Assembly (NCBI GenBank): GCA_051362555.1
Contig: CM120646.1
Span: 20,956,001 to 21,020,000, forward strand
Direction: 5' to 3'
DNA: 64,000 nt
From: Lingula anatina
Lineage: Eukaryota; Animalia; Brachiopoda
Shown: piece after piece, positions 1-12,540 of the stretch
Numbering within the stretch: position 1 is the first letter of the stretch
Layout: each line of letters begins with the position of its first letter
Notes under the pieces: generated by a model
The model's database searches: none
What the model was told of the DNA's origin: nothing
The model's input: the letters and a program-made list of their open reading frames with translations, nothing else
Program-made: the position numbers and the translations under genes

Positions 1-851
1 GCATGGGTGGTTGAGAGGTTAAATGATAAGTCCCTTTTTTTAGCCGGCAAATGTCCCCTCTGACTCAATATTGATTTACGTTCTACGTGTCAGCATTTTC
101 TGAAGATGGGCAACAAACTTAAGCCCCATTTACATAGACGCCATAGATCTCCCATCGATCCAACTTAGCTGAATCAAACATCTCCTCGAGCAGCTAGGGG
201 TGATTAACTTTCGCGCTGTTTCGTGCTCTCGGCTCCTGGTAGCTCTTTCACTTCGTTTTGGGTGCGACCAGTTGTCATCAGGAGATAGAGCCCTTTAAAC
301 GGCAACTTGATACATGTGCGGTCTGTTGTTCTAGCAATATTTTATTTGTCTGTCCCACATATGGATGTGTAGGCTGGGTCACCTTTTTTCTCTGACACCG
401 GCTTAAATTCGATTAGTTACTCGAAAACAGCAAAAGGTCAAGAAACCAGAGTAAAACTAGAAGGGTCATTGTTTGAGTGAAATGATTTGAATCACACACA
501 TGCTCTCGCGCGCGCGCGAGCGCACACGCAAAAAAGGTGATCACTATGCTATATCACTATAGGCCAAACTGTTTTCTTTTTTTTTTACATGATGTACTGT
601 GTTTAAAGCGATTGGGGTACTGTTGGTCAGCCTGGCAGGAGAGGAGCAAACAATGGAACCATTCCCAGACCCTGTCGTACTAAAGCTTTTGTTCAATGAT
701 GCATTATAATAAGGGGCTCATAATCCCATGACGAAAATATCAATACCAAAATGACGGTACAGGATTGGAGCCCAAACTTGTCGATTGATTTGAGGTGTTA
801 AAGTTGTTAAAGGTGTTAAATTAATGCTAATTTTTAATCCAATGGACTCAC

Positions 852-1445
852 CTATTGGGATTTTTATCGAATGTCCCAATATACGAGTACTGGTATCGAT
901 GACACTGACATCTCGTAGAAATCTTGGTCGGAGATGAAATCGCTTGAAGGCCTCGATATTCTCTCCATGCGTCTGCCCCGCAGTCTGCACGGCTTCAATG
1001 AACATGTAGGCGCCTGGATCAAGTTGGCGTTTTGCTGCATCTTTGTAGGCATACACATTAACCAAAGTGCGGCCCACCTGACATAATAAAGTAATATGTT
1101 ATGGTAAGAGGACAAACAAAAACGTGCTCAGGGGCGGATTTAGGCCGTCTTCTGGGTCTTCCGGAAGACGGTCAGATTTTCAAGTTTACTTTGACAGGTA
1201 TCCAATTTTTCATGTTGGAAGACGGTCAAAATTAGAGGGTGAATCAACAAAGATAATTTGGAAGACTGTCAGAAAATATCTGCCGTGCTTGTGTTCTATT
1301 GTGTATGGTTTGTACTTGTATGCCCGTGACTGAGATATCCACATTTGATTTGCATTGACCAGAGGCCTTGACAAACAATACACAACGAAAAAAAAATACA
1401 TACATCACCGGCGGCTCGAGTTAAAAGCTCCGTAGGAACTGACAT
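852..1445 (-). CDS. FMN-dependent alpha-hydroxyacid oxidase (HAO1/HAO2 family), 5' exons only; gene continues beyond window start
   Basis: Exon 1 is 1445-1404 (MSVPTELLTRAAGD, donor GTATGT, phase 0). Exon 2 is 1077-852 (acceptor CAG, donor GTGAGT) and encodes VGRTLVNVYAYKDAAKRQL...ENIEAFKRFHLRPRFLRDVSVIDTSTRILGHSIKIPIG, typical of the glycolate/hydroxyacid oxidase N-terminus. No further exon recognised in 1-850. Confidence 0.8.
1129..1283. mobile_element. MITE (CAGGGGCGGAT-type terminus), copy 1, right end eroded, in HAO intron 1
   Basis: Aligns over ~150 bp with 3372-3535. Flanked by the direct repeat CGTGCT (1123-1128 and 1284-1289), a possible 6-bp TSD. Confidence 0.65.
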
Positions 1446-2198
1446 GACTAAACGGGAACTTCACAATAAACAGTTTCTCTACCACAGCGTTGCTTGACCA
1501 CTGAGGAAAAGATAGTAAAACATAGCCAACTATTCTGATTCACGTGATTTGGTGACGACGTTTCTCATGCGGGCGCGACAAATAAGAGTTGTCAACACAA
1601 TTGGAGTCATACACCCTGTATTACAGAAGCCGCTAAGACACTGGAAACACTCCTTTATAGCAGAAAGATCAGATCCTAGAGTTCTATGAAGCTCAGGGTT
1701 GGCCCATAAAAGTCATAAAACGAGGATTTTATAGTAATCCCGAGGCACTTGTTGCGAGCGATTTCTATCCGTGTGATACGTATTTATTCGCTGAAATCAT
1801 AGTACCTGAGTGCACGTTCAAGTAAATTATGTTGTCTGGCATACCAGACAAGAAGACGTGCGAGAATCCGCTTGAGGTGGGAGTTTACTCTTTAGTCATA
1901 ATGGTGTAATATTACGTCATATGGGAGATCTTGAGATATCTCGGATCATTACCATTTTCTCAATATTTTATTCAACCCAATAACCGGGTAACCTTTTTTT
2001 TGTAATTGTGGTTTATGTTAATGCAAGTGCTAGTGCACTATGCATCCCTTTTCAACAGACCATGTGAAGCAAGGTCATTTTCACTTTTACATCCCATTAT
2101 ATTCTCTTGATAATGAACCCCGATAAACTAAAAAAACAGATCTGTGTAATCGGCTTCGTGACAATTCTTTACTTTGTCTCCAAACTATTGTATGAATA

Positions 2199-3047
2199 CA
2201 GTGCCGCCGGAATCTAACCTTACTTACTCTGCGGGTCCCTGCGGGTTGTTCATACGGCCTATCGCGGTAAACATGGCAATACCATTGCCATCCATGTGGT
2301 GTTTTTTTTTTTTTTCTTTTAATAATATTAAAATGAATCAAGTGAAAGTTTGTAACTCTTCGTTTTGGCCAAAAAAGAATTTTCCTGGAGTAAACAACAT
2401 TTTTCCCAAACTTACCAATGGTTAATGAATACATTTTTACATTCAAGGTTAGTCCCTGTTTTTTTCTGAAAAGTTTTTTTTTTTTTTTTTTTTTGTTATA
2501 ATCTCTTGAGAGATTATAACAGAGTATAGCCATCGGTGGCGGTCATGTGGTCTAAAGATAAGCTCAGATATCAGAATAATAGCTATAACTGCTGTTTTTG
2601 TGGTAAAACAGAATATATTATATTTCTACGAGTTGTTCACAATGTTATTATTGTGAAATATAGATCTCATACGAAGAGTTATTATCCATTTAAATAAAAA
2701 TGGCATATATGTTTTAAAATTAAGACTGATCTTGTTCCTCAGTGTTTTGTTCTCATATTCGATCTGCCTTTATTCTAGTCTTCTGTTGCAATTGATACAA
2801 CATAACCCGTTATTGTCTGCTTGTGTTGATAGCAATTTCTTTGCATTAGTGAAAAAGGAAAACTGATGTGAGGCAATTAAGAAGGAGTAGAGAGTGTTTG
2901 TTGGACCGACTAATTTGGTTGTCCAATAAGGATTACTTGCCGATTCTCCTACCCTGTAAATATCATGCGGGCTCTATTGTGCGACCATGCGGGGCAGGGT
3001 TGGGAGTCCATGTGGCCTTTTGGTAAGGTTAGTTTCCGGCGGCACTG
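2199..3047. mobile_element. Non-autonomous Tc1/mariner-type MITE with TA target duplication
   Basis: Left end CAGTGCCGCCGGAATCTAACCTTAC is the near-perfect reverse complement of right end GTAAGGTTAGTTTCCGGCGGCACTG. TA on both flanks (2197-2198, 3048-3049). No transposase ORF. Confidence 0.8.
2353..2683. mobile_element. Nested, internally deleted MITE of the same family as 18389-19004 (inverted orientation)
   Basis: Ends TAACTCTTCGT...ACGAAGAGTTA. 2353-2425 is the reverse complement of ~18930-19001, and 2560-2683 the reverse complement of ~18392-18520. Confidence 0.65.
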
Positions 3048-3371
3048 TATGCCGAAAATGTAGACTTTTTCGGCAGAACCATCCTCTGATATTTTCGTAC
3101 TGGAACCAGCCAGAGAATGATACCCAATAAAATCAACGCAATAACATATTGCAGGAGTGCCACAGGCACAGTTGGTACTGACACACCTGACTACAAATTT
3201 CTCTGATTACATATCTCATATGCGATATGCTTTAACATGTATTTGAAGTCATTTTTGCCACAAAAGCCTAGAAAACGCCTCCATATAATTTCAAGTAGTA
3301 CGTATTCAGAACAGCGGGCTAAGAACAGAAGATCCGAGGCCACAAAATGCGCACTTAAAAACAGGTAGTAT

Positions 3372-3535
3372 CAGGGACGGATTTAGGCCGTCTTCTGGGT
3401 TTTCTGGAAGACGGTCAGATTTTCAAGTTTACATTGACGGGTGTCTAATTTTATCTGTCGGAAGACAAAAATGGAGGATGAATCAACAAAGATAATTTGG
3501 AAGACTGTCAGAAAATTTCTCTGGATCCGCCCTTG
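3372..3535. mobile_element. MITE (CAGGG[A/G]CGGAT...ATCCGCCCTTG), copy 2
   Basis: Terminal inverted repeats. Homologous to 1129-1283. Flanks TAGTAT/CAGTAT suggest a 6-bp TSD with one mismatch. Confidence 0.7.
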
Positions 3536-3606
3536 CAGTATGGTCCGATCTGCCGGTAAATTCGGGATCATTCGGTGCCGAATATGTTAGTTGGGTAGGC
3601 CCTATT

Positions 3607-4365
3607 TTGTTCCTAGTCTTCAAGAGGCAGAGCGACAGGCAAAGTCTCCCTCCAGGCCTATGGGGGCTGCCAGTGGTCGAGTTCTCCTTTTCTCCTTTGG
3701 AAATGAACCTCAGCTCACTAGTACTGACGGAACGGGCTAACAAGAACGGTAACATTTTCAACGTGAAATTGGAACTACAGCAGTTGTTATATTGAATGGT
3801 TATGAAGCCGTCCGGGAGGCGTTTCAGAAAAAGCTTTGTCGTCAGGCAGGCCGCATATTACGACTTTGGAATTCATCGAAAGGAAAGGTATACTCGCTAG
3901 TTAATATACCTGTATAAAGGGTCAACCCAAATTGCATTCCACTGCAAGAATCATATATACTATATTGTTCGGAGACAGACAGAAATACAACGACGCAGAC
4001 TTTAAAAAAACTGATCAATACATATTAAAATTTCAGAATTTGCTATTGATTCTTTCGTTTCTACTTCAGTTTAGCAAAAAGAGGGATGGAACGCATTTGC
4101 AAACCACGTCAAACGCTTTCTGAATCGGCAAAAAGTGGTATGGTGCAAGCGCCACGAGAGGTCTGGTTGCTCCTTTACTGCACAGGAACAAAAAAAAAAC
4201 ATAGACGACAACTCAATAACTAAATTACTGCCGATGAAATTCTTGCCAATTGCTATACGATTTATCACGGTGGGTCGGAAACGATATCGACGACGTTGTC
4301 TAGGGGAACACTGTTCCTTTTATGTCACCCTGACGTCTGCGACATGATTCAAGCTGAATGTTGGG
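3607..4365 (+). pseudogene. Degraded cytochrome P450 (CYP2 clan) pseudogene fragment
   Basis: Collinear P450 motifs in shifting frames: LPPGLWGLPVV (Pro-rich hinge), GNIFNVKL, VILNGYEAVREAFQKK, GRPH, RIIYTILFGDRQKYNDADFKK, and I-helix GGSETISTTL...LLCHPDVCDMIQAE (from 4269). Frameshifts and deletions; no heme-binding FxxGxRxCxG found. Confidence 0.8.
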
Positions 4366-4920
4366 GTAGGTTTAAAGGCTCTGAAGGGGGGGGGGGCACG
4401 AGTCCGTTTACTTCAGACCCAGACATTTGGGGGAATAATTGAAAAAATAAATAAGATTGGGAAAATATTACGATCACCCACGTCGTTGCATATTAAGGTC
4501 CCTGAATGAACGAATACTGGAAAAATGTCCCATGAAATGAAAATGAACACATGGAAAAGCAGTGCCAATAAATAAATATATTTTATGTTAGTTCAATCTA
4601 TGTAGTGTTTTTCATATGGACGGTTTTTAATAACTATGTACCGGTTCTCACTGTTCATCAAGTACATGTATATATGTGAACATCTAAGTATGAACTTTAA
4701 ATGAAGTACAATTTCCACATAGACACAGGGATCAGAAGAGTAACATTCTGTTTCAAAGATTGCTGCAATTCACACTACTTACAATAAATAAATATAAGAT
4801 GAGATCATTAAATATCTTGGTCCTAATATACAAACAACTGATCCAAGACATGACAACTGATCCAAGACATGAGACTGGTTATATTCAGCTTCCTAATGTG
4901 TTCTAAATAACTTCTACCCC

Positions 4921-4951
<31 letters not shown>

Positions 4952-5408
4952 ACACAAACACACACAAATGTTCACTTTGGTTAAACCCAAAAATTGGGTA
5001 CCCACAATAATTTTCACAGACCGTTCCATAAGTTTTGGTACACCTTGTACTGTGCAGGGAACAGTAATCTTGGAGACACAGTCATGTGATATGTTAAGAA
5101 CAAGATCTGTTGAGTACCTAATGGCTCCAGTAACCACAGACTGCTAAACTCAGGTGAGAGCTTTAAGACACACCCCTACACATTTTGCCTTTAATACTCC
5201 AACAGTCGTTACAGCAACATTCAAGGGTAATTGCACTGTAACCAAGCTCTAGGCAACACCCACAAATGTTCACATTGTTATCAAGATTATCACTATTAGG
5301 TAAACTCTCTGAAGTTTTCTTCTTTTTTTTTTTTTTACATCTAGACTCAGGTCCATATTTTTCTCAGCTGTACAATGTTTCATGTTTATAACAAAGTGAG
5401 GCCTGATA

Positions 5409-6439
5409 TCAGAGAGCCTCTAGTCTGTCCTTGACAGCGTTCCCCACAGCTTCTAAACTGTCCACGTCCAGCTCCTTCACCAAACACAGGGCTGCCTGGA
5501 GGAGGTTGGCTTGCTGGAACAGAACACAAACCATGAGCAATATACAGACTGGGAAATATTTATTAGTTGACTTCTAGCTAAGAATAGATGAGGAGGCTAT
5601 CATGTACAAGAGAGTCCCCTGCGAGGGTCTTGTTCCCACTGATTGGTAAAGGAAAGCCCCACCCTTGATTTTGAGATGGGTTCTTAAGATTCCACAAAAC
5701 TTAACATATCTGAAGAAAACAGTAGATAAATCGATAAAATTAACTTCTTCAATTCTACAGTTAACTTGAAAAACAGCAGAAACATTTGACACAATTTCTC
5801 ATTGAAATAACATGAATATAAAATCTTACCCTGGCCTTGCTGCCCCCAGGCCTGTGATGTTTCACTGGAGAATACTTTTCTGTGGAAACCGGCTTCAGTC
5901 CAAGCTCTTCCCTGATTTTACTGAAACAAATCCAGTGACAATAATTTACAGGTATTTTGGCAAAGGATTCAAGTATGAGAGCAGATATAAACAGTCACAT
6001 TAATATAACTAAAATCATTTCTGTGAACAAGTTCCATTTTTCCAAAGAAATTTCTTTTGAGTTGAGTTTTTTGAGTTGGGTAAATATGTTATACAGACCA
6101 TAGTTTTAGATAGCCTATATACTTTCACTCATTTAAAGCTCTTTCAATCAATTTATCTCCGTTAATATAACTGATCATTACTTTGTCTGTTCCAGTGTCA
6201 GTTTATCAGGATCCTCCACCGGTGACCTGTCTTTGTCTTTCTTAGCAGATTGGGGTCTCTGAGAGGAGGACTTGGATGGGGACCTTGACGACTCGGGCAG
6301 GTGAAGGTCTAATCCCTGCTCTATTGCATCGTTTAGTTCTTCTACTTGCACAGCTGCGTTGTTGATGAAATAGAAAAGAAAATGGTAAGATATAATGTCC
6401 AAATGCCAGTGAGGTAGGACGAAGAGTGCACGTGTGCCT

Positions 6440-6484
<45 letters not shown>

Positions 6485-7911
6485 CATCCATGTGTTTATT
6501 AGTGTACTCATGTGTTTGGGTGTTTGCATGTGCATATAACAATTCAAGGCAATACTTCTATACTACCATGACTGAAATAACACGAGTGTATTTCAAAATG
6601 AAAAATGATGCTTGACTCGTTGATCATGATCCCCTCCTCCACACACACCCAAAAAATAAAAATAAAAAGTAATAATAATAAAATAAAAAAATTTCTAAAA
6701 TTTCCACCATTTACCAATATTATCCAATTTATGTAAATTAGGCAATGTTTTCAGCACAGTGAGCCTGTATCTATCTCCCACTGCACAGGGGTTGTCACTG
6801 AGCCAGAGGGTCCTCAGGTTTGGCAGGTGCTTCAGATAACAGATGTCTGCCAGGTTAGTGATCATATTTTTACGGATGTACAGCTCTTGGAGCTTGGAAC
6901 AATGAGCGAAGTCGGCTAAACTGGTGATTTTGTTTACACTGAAAAAAAAAAGAAACATTATATTGGTAATTACACATTACAAAGCCATGTAAACAATAGT
7001 TTTCTTTAACACTTTTAACTGGTTCTGTACATTTTTAAATAATGATAATGAGCAGCACTTTCTTAATTTAATTATGCTTATCAAAATTAAGTTTCTTATT
7101 GTTGCATCACTCGTATAATGGAAATGGAAACTGGTGAATTTTTTGTATGGCTCTAAAATGAAAAACTATTTTCTTCCAGGAGTTTGGTAATGTATACATG
7201 AGTGATTTTGGGAAAATTGCTGATAAATATATATATTTTTAATGTTTTTGTGAAACTTAGGTGATTAAGAGAACCTTCGTGAAAATTTTAAGATAATCTT
7301 TTGTAATCATCAACAGTTAATGCACATGAAATACCTTCAAGGTTCAGACTGCTACCTAATGTTTTTTTTTTTTTTCTTTTTAAGATCATTTGTCCTCACC
7401 TGAGACTGACCACTTCTACATTAGACATGTGTTTAAGAATGCTGACATCATCTAGGTCACTCCCCCTTTATAAAACAAAGATCGAGGTTATATATAATGA
7501 TGCCACAGTTATAGTAATATCATGCACTGTATTACTCGATCCTAATTTTTCTAAATGTACACTTGTCTTGGAGGATATTTATTGTATCGGAAGACTTATT
7601 TCATCATGTCGTGCATTTAACTATCAACAATATACAGAAAGGTGAGTTAATTAATTTCTTTCAAATAATATCAGTGGCTACTGAATAAACACTGAGACAT
7701 ATATGATAATCATAAACGACTTTGTGTTTGTGAGTGTATGAGCTTCAACTTTTTTCAGGATATTATCATTTCTGTCGTGTTAAAAACATTGTTTAACTTG
7801 GAAACCAACTTAAAAAACCCCATATACCGACCAACAGTTCAGTTTCCTGACGCTCTCCAAGTCTGACGCCCTGGATCTCCCCAACACTAAACTCTCTGTA
7901 AGTTTGACCAT
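5409..7911 (-). CDS. CFAP410: Cilia- and flagella-associated protein 410 (C21orf2), LRR protein
   Basis: Exons 7911-7832, 7465-7400, 6938-6715, 6353-6182, 5920-5830, 5513-5409, all GT-AG and frame-consistent. [31 protein letters not shown]...SVNKITSL...LQELYIRKN...LWLSDNPC...NLLQAALCLVKELDVDSLEAV...RLEAL* matches the C21orf2 N-terminal LRRs and C-terminal domain. Confidence 0.93.
6442..6480. repeat. (TG)n microsatellite in CFAP410 intron
   Basis: Uninterrupted GT dinucleotide run; source of the spurious HTHTHT ORFs. Confidence 0.95.
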
Positions 7912-8245
7912 AATGCACACTAGATATGCTAACTTAATCTCAATGAAAACTACACTAACAAATACTTTCACAAAACTGCCGCTTCCCCAAGAACTTCCTG
8001 TTCGTCGGAGACGGTAAAAATTTCGAGGTTGATTGGTGGATTTTATAGATGCACAACCAACGCAATCCATTGTCGCAACTAACACAATGACATGTGGTAC
8101 ATTTCTTGACCTACTTCTGTGTCACAAAACACTGCCATCTAGTGGTAAAGGCCGTATCAGCCAATCATATTGTACAACGTCTCACATGCAGCCTAATTTT
8201 ACTGATATTGGCCACTTACAGGTACACACTTCCTGTAGTAAGTTC
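7912..8245. promoter_or_regulatory. Putative bidirectional promoter CFAP410/SLC35B1
   Basis: Start codons point away from each other with 334 bp between them. CCAAT boxes and an ERSE-like CCAAT-N9-CAACG at 8161-8179. Confidence 0.65.
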
Positions 8246-11200
8246 ATGACACCGGCCTCAGAGAGCCTAGAGAGGGGAGACGGCGACTTGCAAGATTCGG
8301 ACCACACTCAAAAAATGCAAAATAATCGCTTCAAGTTAGCACTTTGTGCTGGAGGTATTTTCGTGTGCTACTTTTACTACGGAATTATTCAGGAATCAGT
8401 GTAAGTCGTGTTGTACTGTATTTTATTTATGATTCTTTTCAAAAATATGCATGATGCTGGTTTCTTTTAATGAGAAATGCAATCTTTTACCAGCTGTTAC
8501 AATCTGAGTGATCTGCATTATGTAGGTTAAGTACATTATAATCACAAACAGAATTGGAAATTTTGACAAGCAGTGATGTACTGTACATGAGAGTAATCAT
8601 GTTCATTTTTAAAAAGGTGTACCGTGTATATAATATATACTGTGTGTGGCAGTAAGTTTCATTAATAAAAGTAGTCAGTTTTGTCACTTTTTTTAACCAT
8701 ATATGTTGGACATATATTATTATAAGAATCAGTTTCATGAATAGTAACTTTTAACTTATAAATTGAAAAATTTGAAAAGTAGAAATATACAGTCCGTGAT
8801 ACAACTGTATTTATATGTTTAATTAAATTATTGGTCTCTTCTGTTAATTTACAGCTGCATTATGAATAGTTTATTTATTTATTTTAGTACAAGTTTCCAA
8901 AATGACTATGAGCAAACAATATACTATATCTTCTTAACTAGAACTTCAAAGACAGTTTAAAATTAGGCTTACACAAAGATCGAATTCAGACAATATTATC
9001 CAGGTGTACATACAATCAGTTACACTTAAGTGATTATAAATGAGTGACTTATGTGATATAAACCAGTGTTATATATATCTCTGTATGATATTCAAGATGC
9101 AGAATTGTGAAATCATAATTTTGTCATAAATATACCCGTTCCTGCTTGCAATAAAATGGTTGCATCAGATGCATTAGAGTACATGTGCGTGAAATATATA
9201 AATCCATGATTTGTTCAATGCAAACCCACAATAGAAAATTGTGTCATTTAATCTTATTACATATTTACATTGGGTGCAGTTGACTGGAAATAATAATTTC
9301 ATCCTCTGTCAATTATATCTGATCTGGTGAACTTAATGTACTGTCCAAACAAATTATAGTACAAAACCAGCAAATTGAATTTGGCATTGTCAAGTATATA
9401 GGCCCTGTATGATGTATAATTGAATGTCTATCTGTATATCCTGTAATTGTATAGTATTTCTATATGATGTGGTCCATATGTGATGCTTAACTGGAGGTGC
9501 ATATATACCATCTGTATCATTACATTTTTCAGTTGTGTATTACTGTTATTTACTCTATTAAATTATATATTTCATGTTATTAAAATTTTCAAGTAGAACT
9601 AACTGTAGACAGACACAAATTATTTTATATTATGGGGACCGGGTTTAAGTTTGTGTTCACTATTCCATTTCAACCATAAGATGGAAGAATTTTCTTTCTT
9701 TAAACACACTGAGTTTTAGACCTTAATATAGCAAAAAAAAAAAAAAAAAAAAAAATCAATTTTAAATACTTTTTAATACCATTTTAAAACCATCCATGTA
9801 AACTTATAAGAAAAAGGTGAATTTTACTGAGCAAGAAATTTAGAACTTTTGAAAGGTGTTACACTTTAATACTGTTTATTAATAATCTATCAAAGAATTT
9901 TAATAGATAAAGACTAGCATTATTATTACTAGTTAAATGATAGATATATACTTATAGGAAAATTATTTCAAGTTTAAGGAAATTGTTGATTTTTTTATTT
10001 GTTATACAATTTAGGAAAGGATTAGTGCACATTGCATGCCTTATTTCACAAAAAAAAGATGATGAAAAAGTACAGGCATTGCCTGCATGAAAGCTATAAT
10101 TATTAGTTTTGATATATATGACTGATGCAGAGTTCGCCTCTAATGTTTCCCAATGATTTCTCATATTTCAGAACAAAGGGGAAATATGGAGAGGGAGAAA
10201 ACCAGGAGAAGTTCACCTTTACTCTGTCTTTGGTCTTTATGCAGTGCATTATCAATGCTTTGTTTGCACAGATTGGTGAGTGTACTAGTACATCATAGAA
10301 CAGAAGAATAAGGTCTTACGGGTTGTTCAGGGTGAGTTGGGTCACAATAGCAGATGCACAATAAATCCATGAGGACTCTCGCTGAATGCAATCAAATTAA
10401 CAGGCTAACATGCCTCCTCCTGGAATTGAGTAGATTACAGAGAAGCTGGTGATTGTACAAGTATTTGGAAACAAGTGGAGTGTTAGTTTGTTATTCTGAC
10501 TGCATTCAGCAAGAGTCCCTGTGGAGCTAGTGGACATAGGCTATGTTACCTAACCTGCTCCAAGTAGTCACACAGGGTGATCTATGGCATTGTGAAGGCG
10601 TCTTAGCTTGATATCATGAAAATACATGTTGATTGATAAGATTGCCAGACAGAAATGAATTTGTGAAAATGTTTTTTCATTAAAATTTTTCTTTAGTTTT
10701 AGGTATGTTTATTATATATGTCAGTTTGAGTTCATGTAAATCATTGAGAAGTCAGTCTCTCTCTCTTTTTTTGTCTCTTCTCCCTCTCAATATGATTCTT
10801 AATATTTTGCAGCAATATCTGTGACATCTCCGGGTCCTGATAAAACTCCCAGCAGCCTGTACGCCATATGTTCCCTGTCCTACCTTGGCGCTATGCTGGC
10901 CAGCAACCATTCACTCCAACACATTCCATATCCCACCCAGGTATAGTGAGACCAACGCCCCTTTCACATCGCGTGGTATACTTTTCTGTTTCATGCTATT
11001 AGGATAGATTATCATCAATAACTTACATGTACGTGTAACAGCTTGGGTGTTATGTTGAAGAAATGTCTAAACAGAGTTTCCTGGGCTAGACACCACCAGT
11101 TAACTGAAGCAATTTTGATTGGTCCAAACATTTGAAAGTCGACTCATGAAAGGGAAGGAAAACGATGACAGTCAACATGGTGCAAAACAGGAAAGTGTAC

Positions 11201-12094
11201 TGCAAGATGTGAAATGGGTCTAATTTGAGTTTTAAAGAAAGCCATCAAAACTCTTTCCTGGATTATTTTTAGGAAATTTCATAGCAAAGATTCTAGAGAG
11301 ATGCCTACTTTTGAATAAAAATTCATAGATTTATACTTTTATGAACTTTTCTTTTACCCTGAAGGTTCTGGGCAAGTCAGTGAAACCTATTCCTGTGATG
11401 ATTTTGGGTGTTCTGGTTGCTAGGAAACGATACCCTTTGTTGAAGTACCTGTTTGTGTTGATGATAGTGACTGGGGTGGCCTTGTTCATGTACAAGGACA
11501 AGAAGCCAAAAAGCGGCCAGGAGGAACATAGCTTAGGAATGGGAGAGATCCTACTGGTAAGGACATTAAGATTTTCTTTTATAATTTTCCAATGAGCTGA
11601 AATGTTTAAGGCACTTACTTCTGACCTCACACTTCTTGTAATATTTTTCTTTTCTTTTCTTTAGCTGGTCTCCCTGACCTTGGACGGCCTCACTGGAGGA
11701 ACGCAGGACAAAATGAGATCAGAATACAGCTGTAAATCCCACGCCATGATGTTCAATGTCAACATATGGTCTGTGCTCTGGCTCACTCTAGGTGAGGGCA
11801 AAATTTGTATTATATTATTATATTGGATTTTACAGTTATTATTATTATGATTATTATTATTATTACATTCATATCACTTGCTTTACGTATTTGGCCTTCT
11901 TTCAGTATTCTGTGCTGAGAAACTAAAATCAATTAATTTACTGAAACTGAAATTTTAATACTTTACAGGTTGGCTGTTGACTGGAGAGGCAACAACATTT
12001 ATTGGTTTTGCCCAGAGACATCCCTCTGTCCTCATGAAAATGTTCACCTTTTCTGTAGCCAGTGCATTGGGCCAGGTATATTATGTATAATACT

Positions 12095-12149
<55 letters not shown>

Positions 12150-12540
12150 AACAATATTTTTTTCACTTAAACAGACTGAAAAAAATCTGCTTCAGACTAT
12201 ATTTATCTCTGTTGACAATCCAGGGAAGACCTGTGAAATAGGGTGCTTCATTTCCATCATGTACTGAACTAAATAATCATAAGACATGAATTCCAGTTGT
12301 GTGAAATATATTGTTCACCCTTTTTTCTTTCAGAACTTCATCTTTATCACGGTGACATCATTTGGACCTCTGACCTGCTCCATTATCACGACAACGCGAA
12401 AGTTCTTCACCATTCTAGGCTCCGTACTTATTTTCGGTAACCCTATGGTAGGACGGCAATGGATAGGAACTGTCTTGGTTTTCATTGGTCTCTTTTTGGA
12501 CTCTAAGTATGGCAAAGAGAAGAAAGTTGCCAAATCTTGA
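8246..12540 (+). CDS. SLC35B1: Solute carrier family 35 member B1 (ER ATP/ADP exchanger, UAA nucleotide-sugar transporter family)
   Basis: Exons 8246-8400, 10172-10275, 10813-10940, 11365-11556, 11665-11791, 11969-12075, 12334-12540. Motifs [86 protein letters not shown]. The start ATG could instead be the one at 8315 or an upstream in-frame one. Confidence 0.93.
10345..10545. repeat. Imperfect long inverted repeat (old MITE relic) in SLC35B1 intron 2
   Basis: GGACTCTCGCTGAATGCAATCAAATTAACAGGCTAACA pairs imperfectly with TGTTAGTTTGTTATTCTGACTGCATTCAGCAAGAGTCC. Confidence 0.55.

Noticed and set aside
8000-8012. RFX X-box for ciliary CFAP410 (GTCTCCGACGAAC on minus strand)
   Set aside because: Only one acceptable half-site; too weak to call.
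8033-8245. In-frame N-terminal extension of SLC35B1
   Set aside because: No family similarity, and it overlaps the presumed promoter with CCAAT boxes. Cannot be excluded without TSS data.
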